From the NCBI GenBank assembly GCA_965113315.1, contig OZ220379.1: a stretch of DNA of 64,000 nucleotides; one strand, given 5' to 3'. The position numbers and the translations under genes are program-made. The notes under the pieces are model-generated. The model made no database searches, had not been told where the DNA came from, and saw only the letters and a list, made by a program, of their open reading frames with translations. Of this stretch, positions 11,367 through 21,581 are shown piece after piece. Numbering within the stretch: position 1 is the first letter of the stretch; each line of letters opens with the position of its first letter. The stretch comes from Podarcis vaucheri. Lineage: Eukaryota.

Positions 11367-13192
11367 CTCTAGCCTTACCAGAAACCCATGCATTCCATCA
11401 CCTTTAACAGAGTGACATAGTGGTTTGGTTTGTGGGTGACAAAATTAGTTTGAATCTAGTCAATGATGATTTGGTAGCCAGGCTGCCTAAACACACCTGT
11501 ACAGGAGGGAGGCATTTGCCAATGTCCGTTCCTCTCTCACTCTTTTTTTTCTAGCTTTGAGCTCAGTTTGCCACATTTCCACATCAGTTTGAGCATTTGG
11601 TATCCATTGCTTCAAATATACATATTTTTATATGAAATTTTACCTTATATACATATTTCTGCAAGCAGCACCCGTGTTGTTTTCATGCACACAAGCACAC
11701 TTTACTAAATGGATTTCTGTGACCACATTTGGTTGGAGAACTGCATCTCAAAATTCAGAGAAGTGAAGGTTTTGAAGGACAGCTGTGTTTCAGTCCGTGT
11801 GCTGTGTTGAGAAGGGCAAATGAGGTAGGTTCGCATTCACTGGCAAAGTGAACCAAATTTCTTCCCCACTCTTAATTCATAGTGATTAATAGGAAACACC
11901 ACAGGCTCTTTCAGTGCTATTTTTCTAGGAAAACAGAGGTGCCGGAGCCCACCATGAACTTCTCCCTTGTTCTCTTAGAATGGCCATGGCACCCACCTGA
12001 GAGGTGCTGGACTTGAGCTCCGCTGAGCTCTGGCTGGAAAAAGAAAAAGAAAAAAGCCCTGGCTTTTATCTGGGGGCATCAGTTTCACTGATGCAGTTTG
12101 CTAGCTATGGTCATTGCAGAAATAGTGTCTGCTTCTGCAGAATCCATGTTTTACATTGCGCCCTTGAGTTGCTGCTAAGTGGCGACAACCCACTGGCAGC
12201 CATGTGAGCGACAACAGCTATCTTAGCAGAAACATCGCGTTGGACTATGCAGAGCTTGTGCTCCCATCTAATACTCCTAAGGGTGGGAAACTTAGAGAGC
12301 CACATAAATGATTGAATGGGAAGAGGCAACAAACCCTTGTCTTATGCAAAGGACATTGTTGTGTAAGCTCCCGGCAGTAATAGAATGGTCTATGAATGCC
12401 TCCAAGTTGTTGTCCCTGAACCTGGGCTTCCTTTACAGTAATTTCAGCTCGCAGTGAAACACGATCACAATGAATGCCATCAGGGGAGGGCGGGGGAAGG
12501 AAGGTGATGGGTGAGGGGGAGCCCTGGAAGGCGGGGGGGGGGGGCTGTCCAGGAGAGGTGAGGCAAGGACACTGTACAGGGCTGGCTGGTTCATTAGCAA
12601 CATTTGGAGGGGAGCCAGAGCATTCCAGAGTGGCATGTTTGCCTTTAGGTGCTCACTGGTTTTAACGTTTTTCCTGTTCTCTCTCTCTCTCCAAGATTTC
12701 TTTGCTTTTAGCTCAAAAGACTTATAAACCCCCACCTCACCTTTTCCCACCACAATGTAATTAACTTTCTTAAGGATGTGAGTTAAGTTCAGAAACAGCA
12801 TTTGTGTGTGCGCACACATGCAGCCCCCCCTTTCATTTTTAATCCTCCTGCACTTTTGGTTTTCTGGTGTCCAGTTTGCTGTCTGCACAGTCATTGTACT
12901 TCTTCCTTCCTTCCTTCCTTCCTTCCTTCTTTAAAAGAATAAAATGAAAGCACCACATTGTGGAAAGCATTGGCCCGAGCAGATGCTCATTTGCTGCTCT
13001 GACCTATGACTTGTTTGGGGCAGTAGCTTTAGGATGGTCATGTGCAAAGTCTGTGTGCAAAAGGCAGTGCTGTAAACAAGGAGTACGTTGTGGACCTCAG
13101 CAGACAGTGCCCTGGTTTCCCTTTTCTTGTCTGTGTACCTCTCCTTCTTCTCCTTCCTCCTCCCACTTCTTTCCTGTCTGTGTTTCCCACAG

Positions 13193-13216
13193 CTAAAAAA
13201 TTGCCTCCAGGACTCT
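13193..13216 (+). other. Candidate 24-nt microexon (host gene unidentified)
   Basis: An AG-free pyrimidine tract of about 83 nt ends in CCCACAG, followed by CTAAAAAATTGCCTCCAGGACTCT and then GTAAGT. The length preserves frame. Confidence 0.5.
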
Positions 13217-13974
13217 GTAAGTCCCATGTTGGCGGGACTCCTTGTTTGTGGTGCAGGTGTGCAGGAGACCTCCTCCGTGTCGTCGCCACAGCAACCCGCC
13301 TGTCTAATCTGTTGAATATAAAGAAGAAGAAACAGATAGACAAAAGCCATCCACCCCCTTCTGCTCCTATCCATGAGCCCCAAAGAAGGCCATCGTCTCC
13401 AAGCATTCCTCATAATCCCCCAGTCATTGCCCAGGCAACAGGCACAAGGAACTGGCGGGCCCCGTGGCACGAAAGCTGCCCCCGTCTCAAGTTTGTCTCG
13501 CTGGCAAAACACCTCACTGTGCTTGCCCAGACACACATCACCTTCCTTTGCCTCCGCCGCTTCTTGCCACTTAGCGGATCATGATCACAGGCACCGAGCA
13601 AAACGAACGCCATCACATTTCGTCTCTGAGCAAACCACCACACGCCTTCCTGGGAAGGAACACTGGGACGGGCCAATCTAACTTTGCAAAAACTTACATT
13701 GCTTTTTCTTTCATTCATTTGTTTTGCCGATTCCATTGTCGTCTGTTCAATGAGTCACTGCCTTTAATAACAAAAGGCATGGTAGGTCATTTAACACATT
13801 TAAGGACGGGCTGCACAGGGTAGGGTTGACGCCAGAGAGAAATTAACGCTATCGGGATCTTAGGAGGTATACACACCATACATTTAAAGGACATATCTTC
13901 CCTTCCTGGGAATGGTAGTTAGTTAAAGGTGCTGGAAATGGCAGACTACATGTGATGGGTAAACTACAGTTCCC

Positions 13975-14343
13975 GGGGGGGACATGGGTGGCGTTGTGGT
14001 CTAAGACACTGAGCCTCTTGGGCTTGCCAATTGGAAGGTCGGTGGTTCAAATCCGCGCGATGGAGTGAGCTCCCGTTTCTCTGTCCCATTTCCTGCCAAC
14101 CTAGCAGTTCGAAAGCACGCCAGTGCAAGTAGATAAACAGGTACAGCTGCAGCAGGAAGGTAAACAGCATTTCCATGTGCTCTGGTTGCACCAGAAGCGG
14201 TTTAGTCCTGCTGGCCACATGACCTGGAAAGCTGTCTGTGGACAAACACCGGCTCCCTCAGTCTGAAAGCGAGATGAGCGCCGCAACCCCATAGTCGCCT
14301 TTGACTGGGCTTAACCATCCAGGGGTCCTTTACCTTTACCTTT
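13975..14343 (+). mobile_element. Sauria SINE, second subtype
   Basis: tRNA-like head and (ACCTTT)n tail. TSD TACAGTTCCC at 13965-13974 and 14344-14353. Confidence 0.92.
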
Positions 14344-15826
14344 TACAGTTCCCAGATTTTTTTGGGGGGGGCTTTTAAATGTATCGCAGGAGAGCACAGT
14401 TGTCATGTAAGCAGGGGAGTGTCACCAGAGCTAAGCCTTAAAAGTGTCAAGGTCTCAGCCCTGGCACATGTGAGGTAGTAAGAAAGGCTAACCAGCTCCT
14501 ACATCTCTGAGATGCAATAGACAGGCCTTAAGGATAAGGATGATGGATTTCCAAGAAAGCTTGGTTTCTAGGACATCTGATTTTAGACCTTAAGCCCCAA
14601 AGATGACCACCCTGGGAAATGAAGGCAGGAGCCGCCGTTGTAGTAGGCAGTGATAATTGTGGCTCAGGATGAGAGGAGAAAGAGAGGAGCCAAGTGCGAT
14701 TCAAGTCTCCAGCTACCTCTCTGATGAGCTACGTGTTGCTGCAAGTGTGTTTATAAGCTGAAAGAAAGGGCTGGTGAGAGAATTCTTATCAAAGGGAGTC
14801 ATTTAAAAAGCAGTCCCTGGCAGTTTCAGTTATGACAGCTGTTTCAGGAATATGAAGAGGGTTTTCAGAGCTGTGGGCTCTCTATCCCCCATATCCAGCA
14901 GTGAAAGCTCTCATTTGTCTTCCCACCATCATGTTGATGCAGCTGGGGTTGACACTGCTTACCTCAGCACTTTTCCCCCTCCTGTTCTTTTTTTATTTTT
15001 TGTGTGAAAAGACAGAAGGCTTCCTTGTGATCCCAGCCTTTTCCTATCAAATGACACTCAGCCAGGGGGTTGGTGGCTTATTTACTGGCACCAGACCAGT
15101 AAAAACAAAACACACACACACACAAATGTATATTCACATCTAATAAATCCTCAAGCTTTAGATATCTTCAGCTACCCTGGTAGGTTTACATCAAAATGTA
15201 GAGGCTGCAATCTAAAGAGCTGTAATGGGAACTGGGATCTCAGTAATTCTGGCTGGAGCAGAAGAGATACCGCTTGTGATCACCGTATCTTCGGGTCCAT
15301 TAAAACCGTGCTTTCTACTGTAACCTGCAATGTGTTGCAAGATGCTTTGACACTCACACCTCTGTTGGGATAGGAGGGTACCCCAAAACTCTGTTCTTGT
15401 TTTTATTAAATGTTGGCATGTGGCTGTGTGTGTGTGTGTGTGTGTGTGTAGCTGACAGGCATATTCAGGAGAGGGGCAAGAGGCACTGAAATCACAGCTT
15501 GTTTCACTCCACTAGCAGACACTGTTTTATAGAGGATATCACACCAAGTAAGTTTGCCTAACTGTACTGTAAGCTGCATAGGACACAGTGCTGGATATTG
15601 TCACCGGCCACTTCTCACCCTGGGAGAATTCCCTGTACGCTGATAACTCGGTGTAGCGTTGCATCACTTCCTGCTGATCACGTAATATGTTTACAGAACA
15701 GAATAACAATAATTTCATTAAAGTTAGGGGGTTGTTTTTCTTTTAGCTTATTTGGTTCTGCATTCTGTAAAATTCCAGTGTGGTTTTCTTCGCAGTAAAT
15801 TAATGCAGAGCTGTTCTGTGAAGTCT

Positions 15827-16112
15827 TAGAATCATAGAATCTAAAGAGATAGAAGGGGGGGGTTCCAAGGGTCATCCAGTCCAACCCCATGCAATATGGG
15901 AATATCTGCTAAAGCACCCATGACAGATGGCCATCCAACCTCTGCTTAAAAACCTCCAAGGAAGGAAAGTCTGCAACCTCACGAGGGAGACTGTTCCACT
16001 CTCTAACAGCTCTTACTGTCAGAAAGTTTTCCCATATATCTAGTTGGAATTTCCTTTCCTGCAGCTTGAAGTCATTGGTTTGAGTCCTACCTTCCAGAGC
16101 AGGAAAAGACAA
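15827..16112 (-). mobile_element. CR1 LINE 3' end
   Basis: Encodes GRTQTNDFKLQERKFQLDIWENFLTVRAVREWNSLPREV..FPSLEVFKQRLDGHL, with an (ATTCTATG)-type tail. Confidence 0.9.
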
Positions 16113-17326
16113 ACTTGCTTATTCTTATTCCGCTAGTTGGTCCAGTAGTAACTTATACACACATTTGCATGCACACACCCTGTGTTATATTTTATACTAA
16201 TGGTACAGCTACCAATGCTTCATTATAAGCCAATGTTTTCTGAGGCTCCTAGCTCTGTTCAAACAAAAATACACTGGTGGTCACTACAAGCTTCCTTCAT
16301 TTCAGAAGAATTATGTAGGATAATGGTGGTGATGGGTAGCCATTTTGTTGCTTCTCTTGTTTAAAACACACGCACGCACGTGTGTGTGTGAGATATATTT
16401 GCAGATGTACTGCACATCACACAGGGATATACAAGTACATCCAATTCTGAGTTATGCCTACCTCTGCCACACACAGTTTACAGTTTGAATGCAGCTACAA
16501 AATGCATCTAGGTCCCACCTGCCATAAATGACACACATGTTTTGAAATAAGGGGATATCTCTTAAAATACAGGGAAGCAGGTCCCTACCTACCCATATCC
16601 ATTCTTTTTTGCTGCTTCCTGTAGAACAGAGAGTTCATTTCACCATGAACATACCATTCACAACTGACAACACTTTGTCAGGCTGATGGTTGCAAGGCAG
16701 CCGTATATGCATTCATCACACTTCGAAATGTACAGATGGGATGCAGGCCGCAGCCTACAACAGGGATGTGGAACCTGAGGCCTAGGAGCTAAATGTTGCC
16801 TTTCCGGCCTCTCTGTCAGGAGCTCAGGGGTCTCCTTGGGCCAGACCCCACCCTCACCAGTCCTGCTCTGCATCCTCCTTGAGTGAGTTTGCCAACTGGA
16901 ATGTGTCCATGAACTATGGCAATGCATCGTGCTTGCCTGGATGAAAGATGAAGAGGTGCGTATGCAGAAATTTGCCAGTTTTGTGTGGCTGAAATTAGCA
17001 TACTTTATGTCAAGGCTCTGCCAAGGTTTTGGGGAAGCTGTTCCTTCCCCCGGTTGCAGCAAGAGCAGAGAAAACAAGGAGAGTCCTTTTTAATAAGTTT
17101 TATTCAATCCTAATAAGGAGAGACAAAAGAACGCAACAAGCCTTAACATGGCGTTGCTCTAAACTGGGTTCCTCCCTTCTCTTTCCTAGCAACAGCATCT
17201 CCCTTTGCAGTGGCTGCCTGTGGCCAAACGTCTTTGATTCTGTTGTCCCTGCGCCCTTAATTAACGCTGACTTCTGGGAGAAGGGGGATCAGAAATACTC
17301 TCCAGTGACAACATGTCAGCTGCTTA

Positions 17327-17674
17327 GGTAAAGGTAAAGGGACCCCTGACCATTAGGTCCAGTCGTGACCGACTCTGAGGTTGTGGCGCTCATCTCGCTT
17401 TATTGGCCAAGGGAGTACAGCTTCTGGGTCATGTGGCCAGCATGACTAAGCCGCTTCTGGTGAGCCAGAGCAGCGCATGGAAATGATGCTTACCTTCCCG
17501 CTGGAACAGTACCTATTTATCTACTTGCACTTTGATGTGCTTTCAAACTTCTAGGTTGGCAGGAACAGGGACCGAGCGACGGGAGCTCACCCCGTCGTGG
17601 TGATTCGAACCGCCAAACTTCTGATCAGCAAGTTCTAGGCTCTGTGGTTTAACCCACAGCGCCACCCGTGTCAC
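17327..17674 (-). mobile_element. Sauria SINE
   Basis: Aligns along its length with the 2834-3185 copy. Confidence 0.92.
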
Positions 17675-17935
17675 CTGACTACTCTGTCGCAATTCCCCTC
17701 CCTTTCTTCTAACACTTCCCAACTATTTTCTTTGTCTTTCTCTGAGATGTGTCCTTCCTCAGCCCCCTGCTGTAAATCAATGCTGCATTCTTCTTCTCCT
17801 GCAGCGGCAGGAGAAGGGAGGTGGGCCTTCTCCACTACTCCTCATCCGTCTCACCTCTTGAGTCCAATCCATGACACTTTACAACAGTAAGAGTCCCACC
17901 CATTGCATTGTCCACTTGTGCCTCTGGCTCCACCC

Positions 17936-18551
17936 TACGGCTGGACGATATATCAATATATCATCCCAAACTGGTTTAAAGTCCATATTGTGATATAGGT
18001 TTCATAATTTTTGACCTGGCAATTTGTTTATTTATTTTTTCAATTTCTATACTGCTTTACATTTTTAATTTAAAAAACCCCCTCAAAGCGGTGTACAGTA
18101 TATTAAATCAATAAAACAATAGCTGGGTGATGTTCCTCAGGCCTCATGAGGAGCCTCTTCAGTAGGGCTGGTGAGTCTGGCCAGGTGGAAAGGGCCTTGC
18201 AGGGAGTGGCCTCCAGGCCTCACAGCCACTCACAGCAATGTATCGTGAATCATGATGGGGGAGGGCTATGCAAAAATCACCATGTGGGAAAAACCATGAA
18301 GCCAGCCAATGGTTCTCTAGATTCCTGCGACCTCTGCTGGCTCACCTCTCCCCTGCCTCCTGCAGGGGGGGGGCAGCAAATCACAAGAGCAGTTGCCAGC
18401 AAAAAATCACAATGCGGGGAAAACTGGGAAACCAGCCAATGCTTCTACATAGCACCATCCTTATTACAGACATTGTGATGTATCGGTATATCACAATGTT
18501 TAGCTGGTGGTATATCATGATGTTGTGAAAACCAGATATTGCCCAGTCCTA
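17936..18551. mobile_element. hAT-like non-autonomous DNA transposon
   Basis: TIRs TACGGCTGGACGATAT / ATATTGCCCAGTCCTA. The 8-bp TSD CTCCACCC / CTCCAGCC matches at 7 of 8 positions. Confidence 0.7.
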
Positions 18552-19549
18552 CTCCAGCCATCAGTGGCATGCAGCCCCTGGAAAGCTGCCCATGAGGGAA
18601 TGTCATCCTAGGGATGAAAAGGGTTCTCCAACCCCATCCTGCAGGGCAGAAATGTTGGTGTAGGAATATCTCTTTCCTGAGTCCACACAATGGCCTTAAA
18701 GGAGGTGGACAAGCACTCAGGGCACACCCGGTTTCTGCAGTGCACACATGACAACATCCTGTCACTGCCAAAGAACAGCAAGTAAATTAAATGTCCCTGG
18801 CTTATAGGTAGCACACCAGTCTTCACTCTGTGTGCGTATACTGTGCATGCATTGTACATCCAAGCCCATCTACGTGAGGGTACCTTAAATGCAGGCGGCA
18901 GCAACCGCAGTTACATAATTCAAGGCTCTGAAATGCTTGCTGGTGCAGGACGTGACTTAGAATTCAAATCCAGTACCTAAAGTTAGCAGAGGTCAATGAA
19001 AAGTCCGCATCGCCTGGAAGTCGTGCTTGCTATCAATCACCGAGTGACAGAAAAACTGCTGCCGTCTATCCAGACTTGCTTATTCAGCATGAATGAGAGT
19101 ACACCGTGAGCTTAGCATAAAAGGAATAATTCAGAGAATTCACTGAAAGGAAACAAATTTCCTAAATGGACTTGAGCATGGCATCAATTTTAAATAAAAT
19201 CAATCGCTAAAGCAGCAAGAGCAATTCTCCCCTACACCAGTCCCCCTATTTTTAGAAGAGGCAAAGAAATCAAAGTTGTACCGGCAGAAATGGCCAAAAA
19301 TTGTTGTGACAGTAGAGATACTCGTGGGTAAGAAACGACGCCAGAGCTCCCCAGCAAATATACTGGTATCTTGCTGGAGTAATTAAGGCAGAACCAGGTC
19401 ATCAATCTTGGAAGTGACTTTGGGTACCAAGAAGCTGGTAATAGTCAATATAACTATAAGATGAGTATTACAGGTCCCAAATTCTTCTCCAGCTTGGATT
19501 TTAATTTAGAGAATTCCCCTCTAACACACACAACCCCACACACCTGAAT

Positions 19550-20364
19550 TAAAGGATAGAGAAGAAATTTTATTCAATTCATATTTGAAGGTGAACTTTC
19601 ACCCTTTCCAAAACAATACAAGAACTGAAACACAGTCACCCCACAAAATTTGCAGCTTTCTGAATTTTGCAATGCAGTTCTATCATCAAGTACTGTGCAT
19701 GAAAATGCATATACAGTGGTGCCTCGCAAGATGAAAAGAATCCGTTCTGTGATTCTCTTCGTCTAGCGGTTTTTTTGTCTTGTGAAGCAAGCCCATTGAC
19801 GGATTAGCGGATTAGCGCTATTAGCGGCTTTTAGCGGCTTATCGGCTTATCAGATCAGCTGAATAGCGGCTTAGCGGCTTAGAAAAAAGGGGAGAACCGC
19901 AGGAACTCGCAAGACATTTTCGTCTTGCGAAGCAAGCCCATAGGAGATTTGTTTTGCGAAGCACCTCCAAAATGGAAAACTCTTTCGTCTAGCGAGTTTT
20001 CCGTCTTGCGAGGCATTCATCTTGTGGGGCACCACTGTACTGCTGTGAAAGTGTGCATAAAAACTCATGTCTTAGTGACTATGGTATTGATATTTTGCAT
20101 GAAGGGTGGTCTATAAATATTTTTATAAATAAATATACCATACTAAATGTATTAAGGGTAATCGCTTTGCAAAAATAGATGTTTGGGGCAAAATTACATG
20201 CAAACGTGTGTGCGGGAAGAAATCTGCATGAAAATGCGGCTGAATTTACGTGAGGACTTCTTTTGCGAATTTATGAAGTGATGTGAAAATGTGGCAAACT
20301 ATCCTCAAGTGTGGGAAAATGAGTAACTGAAAGAAACACAAATTGACAAATTCATCCATCCCTA
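19550..20364. mobile_element. Old AT-rich interspersed repeat (related pieces at about 11520-11870 and 21580-22215), interrupted by a MITE
   Basis: Shared motifs TGAATTTTGCAATGCAGTTC and GAAATTGACAAATTCATCCATCCCTA recur in reverse orientation elsewhere in the window. Boundaries are approximate. Confidence 0.45.
19714..20037. mobile_element. Tc1/mariner (Tigger-like) MITE, family B
   Basis: TIR CAGTGGTGCC(T/C)C(G/A)CAAGATGAA with a TA TSD and internal TTAGCGG repeats. A second copy is at 49657. Confidence 0.9.
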
Positions 20365-20414
20365 CTAGAACCAGGCCCCATTACAACCATTCTCCGGCTT
20401 CCCATCTGCTACAT

Positions 20415-20466
20415 GGGAAATGTAGTGTGCCCAGGGGATTTGCAAAAACTACATTTCCCCAGGCTG

Positions 20467-20501
<35 letters not shown>

Positions 20502-20762
20502 CCTCCCTCCCTCCCTCTCTCATGTCTTGCTTCTGCCATTGCTGTTGCTAGGTCATGTTGAAGTGAGGATAGCGAGAAAGAATGGGGCTGCTTTTCTGAC
20601 CGGAGAGAAATTGGGATTATGTGTTCACAGCTGCTGGGTACCTTATTTCTGAAGTTAGATTAACTCATAAATAAACAGAACACTTTACCTATATTTTGGC
20701 GGATAGCCTAACATGCTTATGATCCAATCAGACATGGCCTGGGGGCGGGGCGGATAACCAAT
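20415..20762. promoter_or_regulatory. Candidate promoter-like motif cluster
   Basis: Inverted pair of ACTACATTTCCC (ZNF143/THAP11-type) motifs at 20415-20426 and 20448-20459. CCAAT at 20724 and 20758, and GC box GGGGCGGGGC at 20742. Confidence 0.3.
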
Positions 20763-20842
20763 ATCTTCTTGAAATGATTTTTCTTTAAGTTATTTCCAGA
20801 AACGTTTGTGGGGCTCTATCCTTTTCCCTTTAACTATTTTTT

Positions 20843-20848
20843 TTATTA

Positions 20849-20883
<35 letters not shown>

Positions 20884-21019
20884 CCGCCCATCTGGCTGAG
20901 TCTCCCCAGACACTCTGGGCGGCTCCCAGTCAAGTATTAAAAACAATACAGCGTTAAATATTAAAAACTTCCCTGAACAGGGCTGCCTTCAGATATCTTT
21001 TAAAGATAGGATAGCTACT
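20843..21019 (-). mobile_element. L2 LINE 3' end with an (AAT)n tail
   Basis: Matches 38195-38340 of the intact L2. Confidence 0.88.
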
Positions 21020-21021
21020 TC

Positions 21022-21581
21022 ATAGACCAAATGGAGCAAACAGCACGCAGACCTAGTGGTGGGAGGAAAAAAATCTTAAATAAGAGACACGGGGGAATGA
21101 TTAATGAACTTCAATGTCTGTACACTAATGTGCAAAGCATGGGAAATAAACAAGATGAGCTTGAGCTCTTGGTACAGCAAACTAAATATGACATAATAGG
21201 CATCACTGAAACCTGGTGGGATAAGTCCTACGATTGGAATGTAATAATGGGGGGATACAATCTATTTCAGAGAAACAGACCAGACAAGAAAGGAGGAGGA
21301 GTGGCGTTATATGTCAGGGATGTGTATACCTGTGAAGAGATCCAAGATTTAGAACCTCAAAGCCAAAGTGAGAGCATTTGGGTCAAAATTAAAGGAGAGA
21401 AGAATAACAGAGACCTCATTGTGGGAGTTTACTATAGATCCCCAAGCCAAACGGAGGACATAGATGATGCCTTCCTGGAACAGATGGCCAAGCATGCAAA
21501 AGGAAGGGAGATAGTAGTAATGGGGGACTTCAATTACCCGGATATTTGTTGGATGTCAAACTCAGCCAAGAGCATAAGGTC
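21022..21581 (+). mobile_element. CR1 LINE ORF2 endonuclease (APE-like) fragment, open frame
   Basis: Motifs CLYTN..SMGNKQDELE, DIIGITETWW, GGGVALYV, VGVYYRSP and VVMGDFNYPDICW. Confidence 0.92.

Noticed and set aside
15500-15553. Possible + strand microexon ending CCAA|GTAAGT
   Set aside because: The acceptor is ambiguous (15 or 29 nt) and the pyrimidine tract is short.
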